A stretch of DNA of 54,642 nucleotides. It comes from a virus (Duplodnaviria; Caudoviricetes). This document shows, one piece after another, positions 18,001 to 27,592 of this stretch (positions are counted from its first letter, which is position 1; each line of letters opens with the position of its first letter). The notes under the pieces were generated by a model. The model saw nothing but the letters and a program-made list of their open reading frames with translations, searched no databases and was not told the origin of the DNA. A program made the position numbers and the translations under genes. The stretch is from the IMG/VR virus record IMGVR_UViG_3300021085_001452, positions 1 through 54,642 of that record. One strand, 5' to 3'.

Positions 18001-18294
18001 ATGAAAAATTCATTTGAGAAACAAGTCATTCAGGACGTATACAACGAGGTTACTGCCCTTACAGATTCAAAAGTATTAAATATATTACACCAAGTATTTG
18101 ATGTTGATAGTCCTATTAGTGGCAAGACAGTAGGCAGTGATTGGGAAAAATTCATGGCCGAGAAAAGAGTAGTTTTATCTGGCAATCTATATGATGCTTA
18201 TATGAACGGCTTTCCTAATGCAGAGTTCTGTGAGTGTGGCTCACTTTTGGATATTTGCCCAGATGCTTATGAACACATGACCCACGGAGTATAA
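18001..18294 (+). CDS. Early hypothetical protein
   Basis: AAGGAG RBS; C-terminal CECG..C..H possible metal site. Confidence 0.7.
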   Translation: MKNSFEKQVIQDVYNEVTALTDSKVLNILHQVFDVDSPISGKTVGSDWEKFMAEKRVVLSGNLYDAYMNGFPNAEFCECGSLLDICPDAYEHMTHGV

Positions 18295-18501
18295 ATGAGA
18301 GCGTTTAAAGAAATCACACAATGGCCAGACGGAACTCTTAACCACACTTATATTCTTAACGATTACGGCCATTTAGTTGGTTATAGAAATACAGTAACCA
18401 AAGAATACAAACAATTTAAATCACCTATGAAGCAATTCTCCAAATCTAGGAGAAAGTTCATAGAACTAAAACCAGCATCTAAATATATGGAGACTATATG
18501 A
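18295..18501 (+). CDS. Hypothetical protein
   Basis: 68-aa ORF abutting both neighbours. Confidence 0.65.
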   Translation: MRAFKEITQWPDGTLNHTYILNDYGHLVGYRNTVTKEYKQFKSPMKQFSKSRRKFIELKPASKYMETI

Positions 18502-19766
18502 AACCTTGGGAAATAATTAAACACCTCGAAACCAATAACTCTAGGCTTTTTAAAGAAGAGGTAGTTTCCCAAAACATTGATGATAAAGAATTCCAAACCG
18601 GAGTTAAACTTGCCCTTAACCCTTATGATACATTCGGCGTTAAATTGATACCTATTTCTAAGAAGGATGGATCAGGGTTAGAGGCAAGTGAATTTATGAA
18701 ACTGGCCCTATCACTTTCCTGTAGATGTCTTACAGGTAATGCAGCGAAGGCAGAGATAGAAGAAACAATGAATAAGGCGACAATGGATCAGTGGAACTAT
18801 TGGTATCGCAGAATACTTCTTAAAGATTTAAAATGTGGAGTATCAGAAAAAACAATCAATAAGATGGGTAAGAAAATTGGATTTGAGATTCCAAGATTTC
18901 ATTGTATGTTGGCCACAAATGGCGAGAACAATAAACACATGAAAGGTGAATGCCTTATCGAGTACAAGTATGATGGGGTAAGAGCTATCACTATAGTAAA
19001 TAATGAAAAGGCCACTATCTATTCTAGGAATGGTAAAGTATATTCCAACTTTCCTCATATCGAAGAAGCCTTGAGTCAGCCAGAGTTCGAAGGAATGGTA
19101 TTTGATGGCGAGATTATGAGTGATAACTTTACAAGTCTTATGAAACAAGTACATAGAAAAGAAGGAGCTCAAACAGAAGATGCATATCTAGCTCTCTTTG
19201 ATATGATTACTATAGAAGAATTTAATGCAGGAGTTTCAATAGACGGCTGTTACGATAGAAAGATTGATATGGAAGAATCACTCCATGGCCTATTACCAGA
19301 TTGTATTAGATTAGTTGATTATGAAATTATCGACCTAGAACAAGAACATGATGTATTCATGCAGATTAATAAAGAAGCCATAGAAAATGGTTATGAAGGA
19401 ATTATGGTAAAACCAGTAGATGGTTTATATGAATGCAAAAGAAGTAATGCTTGGTTTAAGATCAAGCCATATATCGAAGTGACCCTTACAGTAGAAAGTA
19501 TAGAAGAAGGTCAAGGAAAATTCGAAGGAACAACAGGTGCACTAGTATGTGCGGGACACGATGAAGGCAAAGATATTAAAGTCAATGTCGGTGGTGGTCT
19601 TACAGATGTTATTAGAGATAGTATTTGGAAAGATCAAGATGCTGTATTAGGCCAGTTGATAGAGATTAGAGCAGACTCTATATCTCAAAACCAGGATGGG
19701 ACTTATTCATTAAGATTCCCAAGATTTAAAACATTTAGAGGGTTCGTCCCAGGAGAAAAATTATGA
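18498..19766 (+). CDS. gp30: ATP-dependent DNA ligase
   Basis: KYDGVR, FDGE, EGIMVK, WFKIK, SLRFPRF. Confidence 0.95.
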   Translation: MKPWEIIKHLETNNSRLFKEEVVSQNIDDKEFQTGVKLALNPYDTFGVKLIPISKKDGSGLEASEFMKLALSLSCRCLTGNAAKAEIEETMNKATMDQWNYWYRRILLKDLKCGVSEKTINKMGKKIGFEIPRFHCMLATNGENNKHMKGECLIEYKYDGVRAITIVNNEKATIYSRNGKVYSNFPHIEEALSQPEFEGMVFDGEIMSDNFTSLMKQVHRKEGAQTEDAYLALFDMITIEEFNAGVSIDGCYDRKIDMEESLHGLLPDCIRLVDYEIIDLEQEHDVFMQINKEAIENGYEGIMVKPVDGLYECKRSNAWFKIKPYIEVTLTVESIEEGQGKFEGTTGALVCAGHDEGKDIKVNVGGGLTDVIRDSIWKDQDAVLGQLIEIRADSISQNQDGTYSLRFPRFKTFRGFVPGEKL

Positions 19767-19993
19767 GTAAAAGTAAATATGACTATAAGGGAATTGATAA
19801 AGATTCTACAATCGTGTGGAAGCCAAGAGTATATGACGATCCATTTAAATTCGATTTTGATACAGTTAAGGCTAGAATTGAAAAGGCCGAATCAGAAGGT
19901 TATACTGATGATGTAGAAACTATTAAAACAAATATTAAAAGAGTTGTTAGAGATAACCCAGGAATGTTTGATGACTTCTTGGAATTAGTATAA
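19763..19993 (+). CDS. Hypothetical protein
   Basis: 76-aa ORF, ATGA overlap, GGAG RBS. Confidence 0.65.
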   Translation: MSKSKYDYKGIDKDSTIVWKPRVYDDPFKFDFDTVKARIEKAESEGYTDDVETIKTNIKRVVRDNPGMFDDFLELV

Positions 19994-20163
19994 TGGAACC
20001 AGCAGTACCCCAAAGTTGGAAAGTCCTCGCCCAGGAAAAGGGCGGGGGTAAAGTAGTTGCAGAATATTTATTTGCTGTTGAAGAAGAGGCTAAACTTTTT
20101 CAAAAAGATATGAAATATAGAGGCTACAAAACGGAGTTGGAACATATTATATGGAATACTTAA
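19993..20163 (+). CDS. Small hypothetical protein (56 aa)
   Basis: MEPAVPQSWKVLAQEKGGGKVVAEYLF...; TAATG coupling. Confidence 0.55.
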   Translation: MEPAVPQSWKVLAQEKGGGKVVAEYLFAVEEEAKLFQKDMKYRGYKTELEHIIWNT

Positions 20164-20306
20164 TATTTATTGCATGTATCATTGGTGTTGGATATTCATC
20201 TTATAAAATAGGTGTTAGAGAAGGTGCTGAACGAACAGTAGAAAAGCTAATAGAATCCCGTCTACTCAAAATAGATCACAGAGGTAATCTAACCTCAGGT
20301 AAGTAG
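20151..20306 (+). CDS. Small membrane-anchored protein (51 aa)
   Basis: MEYLIFIACIIGVGYSSYKIGVREGAE... Confidence 0.55.
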   Translation: MEYLIFIACIIGVGYSSYKIGVREGAERTVEKLIESRLLKIDHRGNLTSGK

Positions 20307-20318
20307 GTCTCCAAATAT

Positions 20319-20368
20319 TATAAATAGTATTATAAAAACTTTACAGCCAGTTGGTTTTGTAGTATAAT
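20319..20368 (+). promoter_or_regulatory. Tandem late and early promoters
   Basis: TATAAATA 20319-20326, then TTTACA(20340)-N17-TATAAT(20363). Confidence 0.7.
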
Positions 20369-20395
20369 AAATTATATTTAATAAACGGAGACAAT

Positions 20396-21856
20396 ATGAT
20401 AAGATTTAAAAACAGTTTTATGATAGAAGAGCTTAGTGCTCTATCAACTACTGATGATAATCTCAATGCAGTGAAGCTAGTACAAGCAATAGATGATGCA
20501 ATTGCATCCATTGATACAGAAGTAGAATTAGACCTTAGATCAGGCAAATCAAACTCAAAAAAGATTGGCATATCTCAACTGGCAGAAGATAAAAAACGAA
20601 CACTCTTTGCAGGTCTTGCAAGAGAAGTAATAGATAAAGACCCTAACCTAGACCTTATTAAGATTAGTGGTGCAAGGGCTGAGAAAGATTACTACTTTAA
20701 ACATAAAGATATGGAAAAAGCCATTTATGTAAATGTTAGACCAACAGGTGGCCGTAGCTCTCTCGGAGATGATCCACATGAACTTATGACTGCTGCGTTA
20801 TGTCTCTTCCCTAAGAAACATAATATTACCAATTCAGATGAAATGGATAAACTAATAGAATTAGTAAGAGGCCAATTAAAGAAAGTAAGAGGATATAAAC
20901 AGTCACAAGTTGATTCCCTACTCGGTAGTTACCCTAACTTAGCCCAAGCAGTATCAGCCGCAAATATTATTATAGATGCAGGATATGGTGGTGCTGATAT
21001 GGTTTATCTTACAGGCCAATCTTGGGACGATGATGTAAAACAATTTAAAATGTCCAAATATGGGATGCAAGATTTTAATAGTTCTGATTTTATTATTAAG
21101 AAAGGTAATAAGTTTCTAGGAGTATCTTTAAAGAAAAAGAAAAGAACTACAGAAGAAGATCCAACACTGATTAATAAATCATTTACAAAGCTACTTAATG
21201 AACCTAAACTTAAAAAGTTAAAACAGGCAGTAGAGGATGATGCAGGTAGATTTTACGTTCACGTAATCAATCTTGCTCAAAGATTAAGAAAAAGATATCC
21301 CGGCGTGATGTCTGATGAATTATATGATGAATTAAAAAAGAATCCAGCATCAGTAAAAAACTGGAAAAAATATATTAACAGAGTTCCTAATGATTTAATT
21401 AATAGAGTATTAAAAGGTAAGAGAACATTATTCAGAATGATGGGAGAAACAATCCTTGGTCAGTCTGATCTCTTTTCTAATATTCTGGTACAACTTATTT
21501 TTAAATCAGATCTAAAAGAACTACAGAAAGTAAACTTTGATTTTGCTCTAGTAACAGGAATAGGTGACTACGGCCCAAGAAAAGGTGTTGTGGTAGAGAA
21601 GGGCGAATATAAAGATATCGATACAGTTTCAAGTAAACTAGAAGATTTATTCTCCCAGGGCAAACCTAATATGCAATACACTCCAGGTGCAAAACAAGCA
21701 TTCGACCCTGGATCAGGAGCGGCCAATTTAAAGTTTACTCTCTTCATTGGTAAAGTGCCTATAACTAATATTATACTTAGATATAAAGGCAACTTTTCAA
21801 GTGCCCCCAATTTTAATGCTACTATGACAGATGAATTTAAGAGGTTATATAAATGA
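20396..21856 (+). CDS. Hypothetical protein, possible PD-(D/E)XK-type nuclease
   Basis: PHE...SSDFII...GVSLKK pattern; N-terminus MIRFKNSFMIEE. Confidence 0.5.
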   Translation: MIRFKNSFMIEELSALSTTDDNLNAVKLVQAIDDAIASIDTEVELDLRSGKSNSKKIGISQLAEDKKRTLFAGLAREVIDKDPNLDLIKISGARAEKDYYFKHKDMEKAIYVNVRPTGGRSSLGDDPHELMTAALCLFPKKHNITNSDEMDKLIELVRGQLKKVRGYKQSQVDSLLGSYPNLAQAVSAANIIIDAGYGGADMVYLTGQSWDDDVKQFKMSKYGMQDFNSSDFIIKKGNKFLGVSLKKKKRTTEEDPTLINKSFTKLLNEPKLKKLKQAVEDDAGRFYVHVINLAQRLRKRYPGVMSDELYDELKKNPASVKNWKKYINRVPNDLINRVLKGKRTLFRMMGETILGQSDLFSNILVQLIFKSDLKELQKVNFDFALVTGIGDYGPRKGVVVEKGEYKDIDTVSSKLEDLFSQGKPNMQYTPGAKQAFDPGSGAANLKFTLFIGKVPITNIILRYKGNFSSAPNFNATMTDEFKRLYK

Positions 21857-23097
21857 AAAGATTAAGCAATTATACGCCTCTTCAAGAGGCAGCAAAAAAT
21901 ACTCACATGACACACATAGAGGATTTAATCCTTGATGGTGGAGTCAAGGGGGCTCGCCAAGCTATCCTAGCGCTTAGAAGTCTAAGGGATATGTTATCGG
22001 GAAACGCCAAAGCACCAGTGGACGTTACGGTCAAGTGGGACGGAGCCCCCGCCGTCTTTGCAGGAGAGGATCCAGAGACTGGAGAATTCTTTGTTGCCAA
22101 GAAAGGTATCTTTGCTAAAAATCCAAAAGTATACAAAAATTATGCTGACATTGATGCAGATACATCGGGTGATCTTAATAAGAAATTAAAACTAGCCTTC
22201 GATAGTCTTAAAACTCTAGGTATTAAAGGAGTTATTCAGGGCGACTTTATGTATGATAAGGCTGATCTAAAGAAAGAAAAAATCGATGGAGAACCTTATA
22301 TCGTGTTTCATCCCAATACTATTGCATATGCAGTTCCTGCAAAGAGTGCTTTAGCAAAAGAAATTACGGATAGTAAGATTGGTATTGTTTGGCACACTTC
22401 TTATAGTGGTGCTACATTTGAAACTATGAGAGCAGAGTTTGGTAGAGAGATAGTACCAAAATTAAAGAAATCAAAAGATGTATGGATGCAAGATGCTACA
22501 TTGCCCGATTTATCTGGTACAGCAACTCTTACAGCCAAAGAAACTGCAGAGTTAAATAAAAACTTATCTAGTGCTGGTAAGATATTTAAACAGATTGGTG
22601 CAACAGTACTAAAAGAAATAGAATCAAATAAAGAATTGAATTTAGTAATTAATATTTACAATAATAGAATGGTAAGAGAAGGGCAAAGAATTGGTGATAC
22701 TAAGAAACATGCCACTGGCTTAGTTATGTTTGTAAATGATAGGTATCAAAAAGAGATTGATAAAAGATCATCTGATAAAGGAAAACAGACTCAAATAGAT
22801 AAGCGAGATGCATTATTAAAGTTTTTTAGTAAGAATAATATAAAAAACTTAAAATTAATCTTCGATTTACAGAATTTTGTAATAAATAGTAAATTAATTC
22901 TTATAAATAAACTAAACAGTCTTAATAAAATTAATACTTTCGTTAAGACTAAATCCGGATTTAAAGTAACCAACCAAGAAGGTTTTGTTGCTATAGATAA
23001 AATGGAAGGTGGCGCTGTTAAGTTGGTGGATAGATTAGAATTCTCCTACAACAACTTCAGTAAAGATATAATTAAAGGTTGGGATAATCCTAACTAA
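21853..23097 (+). CDS. Conserved T4-like protein with ligase-type nucleotidyltransferase motifs
   Basis: VTVKWDG (KxDG), IQGD, EGFV, VKLV. Confidence 0.6.
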   Translation: MKRLSNYTPLQEAAKNTHMTHIEDLILDGGVKGARQAILALRSLRDMLSGNAKAPVDVTVKWDGAPAVFAGEDPETGEFFVAKKGIFAKNPKVYKNYADIDADTSGDLNKKLKLAFDSLKTLGIKGVIQGDFMYDKADLKKEKIDGEPYIVFHPNTIAYAVPAKSALAKEITDSKIGIVWHTSYSGATFETMRAEFGREIVPKLKKSKDVWMQDATLPDLSGTATLTAKETAELNKNLSSAGKIFKQIGATVLKEIESNKELNLVINIYNNRMVREGQRIGDTKKHATGLVMFVNDRYQKEIDKRSSDKGKQTQIDKRDALLKFFSKNNIKNLKLIFDLQNFVINSKLILINKLNSLNKINTFVKTKSGFKVTNQEGFVAIDKMEGGAVKLVDRLEFSYNNFSKDIIKGWDNPN

Positions 23098-23113
23098 TGG
23101 GAACCAGGGATAA

Positions 23114-24418
23114 ATGAAAAACTTTAGCGACTATATAGTCGAATCGACAAAAGAAATTACAATAGTATTCGGCAGATTTAACCCGCCTACTATTGGGCAC
23201 GAAAAACTTTTTGAAGTACTTAAAAAGGCATCACGTGGAGGAGCATATAGAATATATGCATCTCAATCCCAAGACCCTAAAAAGAACCCACTCGGATTTA
23301 AAGATAAAGTAAAATTCCTTAGAAAAATGTTTCCAAGACATGCAAGAAACATCATGGCAGATAGTGATGTTCGAACAGTTATTGAAATTGCAGTTAAGTT
23401 ATATGACCAAGGGTTTACTAAAATGAATATGGTTGCTGGGTCAGATAGAATAAAAGAGTTTGAAATACTACTTAACAAATATAATGGTGTTCAGGCAAGA
23501 CATGGGTTCTATCAATTCGAAGAAAAAATTAAAGTAATATCTGCTGGAGAACGTGATCCAGATTCAGAAGGTGTTACAGGAATGTCGGCTAGTAAAATGA
23601 GAGCCGCGGCAGCAGATAAAGATTTACAACTATTCTCTACTGGTCTTCCGAAAGGTTATACAGGAGCAGCAGACTTATTCAATGCAGTAAGAAAAGGGAT
23701 GGGTCTTAAAGAAGAGAAAAGCTTTAGGTCTCACATAGAACTACCTACTGTATCAGAAACAAGAGAACAGTTTATTTTAGGTGATATCTTTAATGTTGGT
23801 GATCTAGTAAAATTAAAAGAAGATAATACAGAAGGCAATATTATTACTAAAGGTGCCAATTATCTTACAGTAGCATTTAAAACAGGTAATAAAAAAGTTT
23901 GGTTAGAACAAGTAGAGCTAGTTAAAGAAGGTGGAGAAGATCCAGATATTGGTAAAAGAAAAGGATCACAACCTGCAGGGTACTATAAAGGTTTAGGTAA
24001 ATCAACTAAATCTAAAAGAGCGGCCCACTTTAAGAAGTTCGGTAAGAAAGATGATGATAATCCAGGAGCATATAAACCAGCACCTGGTGATGCAACAGCA
24101 AAAACTAAACCATCTAAACACACTAAGAAATTTAAACAGATGTATGGTGAAATGGCCAAACATCTAACTTTTGAAGATTATATAATAACAGAACAAGATA
24201 GTAAAAAGTCATTAATGAAAAAGGCTGATAAGTCAGGAATGCCATATGCTATCTTAAAGAAAGTTTTTGATAGAGGAGTTGCAGCTTGGAGAACAGGTCA
24301 TAGGCCGGGCACTACTCCTGTACAATGGGGATTAGCACGAGTTAATTCATTCGTAACAAAGTCTGCTGGAACATGGGGTAAAGCAGATAAAGATTTGGCC
24401 GCAAAGGTTAGGGGATAA
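23114..24418 (+). CDS. HIGH-superfamily nucleotidyltransferase fused to basic C-terminal domains
   Basis: FGRFNPPTIGH, VAGSDR, MSASKMR; TATAAATA at 22902 upstream. Confidence 0.8.
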   Translation: MKNFSDYIVESTKEITIVFGRFNPPTIGHEKLFEVLKKASRGGAYRIYASQSQDPKKNPLGFKDKVKFLRKMFPRHARNIMADSDVRTVIEIAVKLYDQGFTKMNMVAGSDRIKEFEILLNKYNGVQARHGFYQFEEKIKVISAGERDPDSEGVTGMSASKMRAAAADKDLQLFSTGLPKGYTGAADLFNAVRKGMGLKEEKSFRSHIELPTVSETREQFILGDIFNVGDLVKLKEDNTEGNIITKGANYLTVAFKTGNKKVWLEQVELVKEGGEDPDIGKRKGSQPAGYYKGLGKSTKSKRAAHFKKFGKKDDDNPGAYKPAPGDATAKTKPSKHTKKFKQMYGEMAKHLTFEDYIITEQDSKKSLMKKADKSGMPYAILKKVFDRGVAAWRTGHRPGTTPVQWGLARVNSFVTKSAGTWGKADKDLAAKVRG

Positions 24419-24420
24419 CA

Positions 24421-25632
24421 ATGAAATTTAAACAACTAAGAGAAAAATATAGAAGTAAATACCCTGCGTCTTTAGTAGCCGCAGCAGTAAAAATTGCAAT
24501 TGATATGGGCGGTAATATGACCGGGGCCTATAAAAAGATCGAAGCAATGAAAAGAGGTCTTGCAGATGACCCTATTGTTGCAGATGCATTAAAACAGGCA
24601 AACGAATCTGTTAATGAAGAGTTGGGTGAAGTAAGACCTTTTAAAAAGGGCTGGTCACCAGCTGAATGGAGAATTGTAAGAAAAGATAAAAAGATTGAAA
24701 AAGATATAGAAAAATTTTATAAGTCTATGGGTGGAAAGTATGGTGACCCTAGAAAAGCCATGACAGTAAAACAAGCCGAAAAGAATATTCCATATTTATA
24801 TAAACACGTTGTTAGTAATTTTGGTGTTGTTAATAACACTTCATTGGCCAATGCTATTATGAAATTTTATGACCATTGGGATGATGGTAAGGGTGTTTAT
24901 AAATATGAATCTGTTAATGAAGACTATGCTCAAGATTTAGATCTTGCTCAAAAAAATATGGCAAGACTTGCAAAGAAAGAAAAAGGTCAGGATAAAAAAG
25001 ATTACGAAGCAGTAGCAAGAGCTCTTAATCAAGGTAACCTTGGTGCAGTTAAGAAAGTAATCAAAAGTATTAGTACAGATGAAATCAGAGCAGATATTTT
25101 AAATGTCCTTGTAGGTTATAATGATCTAATTGCTAAGATGTATCCTAAAGCAGTAGATAATAAAGGTAATCTTAAACGTGGCTTGACTGTAGGTAAGATG
25201 ATTAAAGATGATTTTAACGAAGCAGTATCTCCAGAAGAGAAAGCACAACTTGCTCTTAAACATGCAAAAGAATTAGAAACTATTAAAAAGAAGCATGAAA
25301 GAGAAAAAGAAAATATGAAAGAAGAAGAAGCTGTATCTCCTGCTCAACAAGCCGCTATTGCAATTGCAAAGAAAAAGGCTAAAAAGGTAGTAGAAAACTA
25401 TATGGCCGAAAACTATAGAACTCTTGCAAAACACGGAATGGGTGCAGAAACTAAGAAGTCAATTAAAGTTGGTACAGAAGTAGATTACTATCGTGCTGAT
25501 GGTGCTAAGTATATGGGTAAAGTTACTAAGATGACACCAACAACTTATATTGTTAAAGATACTAAGAATGGTAAGAACTATCAGTTTACATACCATGATA
25601 GAATGAAAGCAAAGGCACTATTAAAGAAATGA
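24421..25632 (+). CDS. Modular Lys/Glu-rich protein (possible internal head polyprotein)
   Basis: Repeated ESVNE and EAVSP linkers. Confidence 0.65.
   Translation: MKFKQLREKYRSKYPASLVAAAVKIAIDMGGNMTGAYKKIEAMKRGLADDPIVADALKQANESVNEELGEVRPFKKGWSPAEWRIVRKDKKIEKDIEKFYKSMGGKYGDPRKAMTVKQAEKNIPYLYKHVVSNFGVVNNTSLANAIMKFYDHWDDGKGVYKYESVNEDYAQDLDLAQKNMARLAKKEKGQDKKDYEAVARALNQGNLGAVKKVIKSISTDEIRADILNVLVGYNDLIAKMYPKAVDNKGNLKRGLTVGKMIKDDFNEAVSPEEKAQLALKHAKELETIKKKHEREKENMKEEEAVSPAQQAAIAIAKKKAKKVVENYMAENYRTLAKHGMGAETKKSIKVGTEVDYYRADGAKYMGKVTKMTPTTYIVKDTKNGKNYQFTYHDRMKAKALLKK
24604..24923 (+). repeat. 17-bp direct repeat flanking an in-frame 303-bp module
   Basis: GAATCTGTTAATGAAGA at 24604-24620 and 24907-24923. 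Confidence 0.85.
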
Positions 25633-25982
25633 GCGACTTTAAAGATTTCATAGAAGGAAATGGTCTTTGGGCCAATATCCATAAGAAAAGAAAGGAAGGC
25701 CGACCAATGAGGAAGGCAGGTTCAAAAGGAGCACCTACTAAACAAGACTTTAAAAGAGCTCGAAGTGAAGACTTAGAAGAAGCGCCATTAGTAATGAACG
25801 ATATGGATATGGTAAAAACTTTATTTAATAAGATTTCATCTGATATGAGTAAGAATAGTAGAAGTAAAAGACCAGAGAAAAATTGGCCTGTATTACAACA
25901 ACTAGCTAAGATTGCTGGTTATGGTATTACTAAATCAGGCCAAGATAAAAACAAATCATTTAGGTACGATTTAAAGAAATGA
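25629..25982 (+). CDS. Hypothetical basic protein
   Basis: MSDFKDFIE, GLWANIHKKR..MRK.GSKGAPT. Confidence 0.7.
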   Translation: MSDFKDFIEGNGLWANIHKKRKEGRPMRKAGSKGAPTKQDFKRARSEDLEEAPLVMNDMDMVKTLFNKISSDMSKNSRSKRPEKNWPVLQQLAKIAGYGITKSGQDKNKSFRYDLKK

Positions 25983-26647
25983 TAAACTTTAGAGAACATT
26001 CAGAAATGATGGAAGGAGTAAATGATCCTTCTATTTTTAAAGCAGTATTCCTAGCAGGAGGCCCAGGTTCTGGTAAGTCTTTTGTAGTGGGTAAAACTTC
26101 TTTAGCTTCTTTAGGTTTTAAGATTATTAATTCAGATACTAATTACGAAAATGCATTAACTAAGGCTGGTCTTACTATGGATCCTGAAGATATATTTTCA
26201 GTACAGGGTCAAGCAATTAGAGATAAAGCAAAGGCAATTACAGGTAAACAATTAGAAAGAGCACTTATAGGAAGATTAGGTGTAGTTATAGATGGTACGG
26301 GAAAAGACTATACTAAAATAAAAACTCAGGTAAATAAGTTAAGGGAAATAGGATACGCAGTTCATATGATCTTTGTTAATACAGATTTAGAAACTGCGCA
26401 ACAAAGAAATAAATCCAGACCTCGTGTGTTACCTGCGGATCAAGTAGAAAAAATGTGGAAAGATGTTCAAAAGAACATTGGTAAGTTTCAAGGGCTGTTT
26501 CGTAATAGAATGACCGTAGTAGATAATTCTACAGGTGCCAATATAGACACCTCAACATTAGAAGCGTATAAAGATATAAAAAGATGGGCATCTAAACCAC
26601 CCGAGAATTCAATAGCTCAAAAGTGGATAAAGAGTCAAAGGAAATAA
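25979..26647 (+). CDS. P-loop kinase (zeta-toxin/PNK-like)
   Basis: FLAGGPGSGKS, INSD, VIDGT, RNKSRPR lid. Confidence 0.8.
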   Translation: MINFREHSEMMEGVNDPSIFKAVFLAGGPGSGKSFVVGKTSLASLGFKIINSDTNYENALTKAGLTMDPEDIFSVQGQAIRDKAKAITGKQLERALIGRLGVVIDGTGKDYTKIKTQVNKLREIGYAVHMIFVNTDLETAQQRNKSRPRVLPADQVEKMWKDVQKNIGKFQGLFRNRMTVVDNSTGANIDTSTLEAYKDIKRWASKPPENSIAQKWIKSQRK

Positions 26648-26648
26648 A

Positions 26649-27038
26649 ATGCATAGTTTCTTAGAACATATAGAAGAAAGATTCGGAATTTATGAAGGTC
26701 AGCATGTACCTTTAGATCAGCCAATGATTGAACTAACAGAATCTGAATATCAGGGTAGAGATGTAGAACTTAACTCCCCCAAAAGATCAAGCGGTAAAAA
26801 GAAATATGTGGTTTACGTTAAAAATCCTAAAACAGGAAACGTAAAGAAAATAGAATTTGGTGATGCCAAAGGCGGCCTCACTAGTAAGATTAACGATAAG
26901 GGGGCAGCTGCTTCCTTTGCAGCCAGACATAACTGTGATACAAAAACAGATAAGATGTCATCAGGTTATTGGGCATGTAGATTACCTCGTTATGCAAAAC
27001 AATTAGGATTATCAGGTGGTGGAAATTACTTTTGGTAA
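26649..27038 (+). CDS. Conserved phage hypothetical protein
   Basis: KKYVVYV..KKIEFG..FAARHNC..YWAC. Confidence 0.75.
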   Translation: MHSFLEHIEERFGIYEGQHVPLDQPMIELTESEYQGRDVELNSPKRSSGKKKYVVYVKNPKTGNVKKIEFGDAKGGLTSKINDKGAAASFAARHNCDTKTDKMSSGYWACRLPRYAKQLGLSGGGNYFW

Positions 27039-27309
27039 ACCGTACTGGGAAGATGCGGACATAAGAGAATTTGATCCTTTAAGGGAAGATGCTGAGTTTG
27101 TTTGGCATAGAGATAAAGAAGATAGAGAGATAGAAATATTAGACGGCGAGGGTTGGCAATTTCAATTACAAGATTGTTTACCATGGTTATTAAAAAAAGG
27201 AATGGTATTTAACATTAAAAGAGAAGAGTACCATAGATTAATCAGGGGTGTTACTCCACTTAAATGCAGGGTTTATAAACATGGCAACAGCAGCAGAACA
27301 AAGAGCTGA
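27016..27309 (+). CDS. Cupin-like hypothetical protein
   Basis: WHRD.EDR..I...G.GW.FQ...YHRLI. Confidence 0.55.
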   Translation: MVEITFGKPYWEDADIREFDPLREDAEFVWHRDKEDREIEILDGEGWQFQLQDCLPWLLKKGMVFNIKREEYHRLIRGVTPLKCRVYKHGNSSRTKS

Positions 27310-27580
27310 ACAATCAGCTCGTCTGGATAGAATAGAACAAAAAATAGATCAGATGTCTGAGGCTATTATAGCTTTAGCCCGTGCAGAAGAAAAGATTATA
27401 ACTCTTACTGATTTTGGTAAACAACAAGGGCAACAGATATTAACTCTTATAAATAGAGTAGATAGATTAGAAGATTTGGTGAGGCAGAATGCTTCAACAG
27501 TAAATGTTATCAACAAGATATTCTGGGTAGTCATCGCGGCAGCAGCCACAGGGATTACAGGAATGCTTTTCATGCACTAA
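27281..27580 (+). CDS. Coiled-coil protein with C-terminal TM helix
   Basis: RLDRIEQKIDQMSEAII...; C-terminal IFWVVIAAAATGITGMLF. Confidence 0.7.
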   Translation: MATAAEQRAEQSARLDRIEQKIDQMSEAIIALARAEEKIITLTDFGKQQGQQILTLINRVDRLEDLVRQNASTVNVINKIFWVVIAAAATGITGMLFMH

Positions 27581-27592
27581 CAGGAGGAAAAC

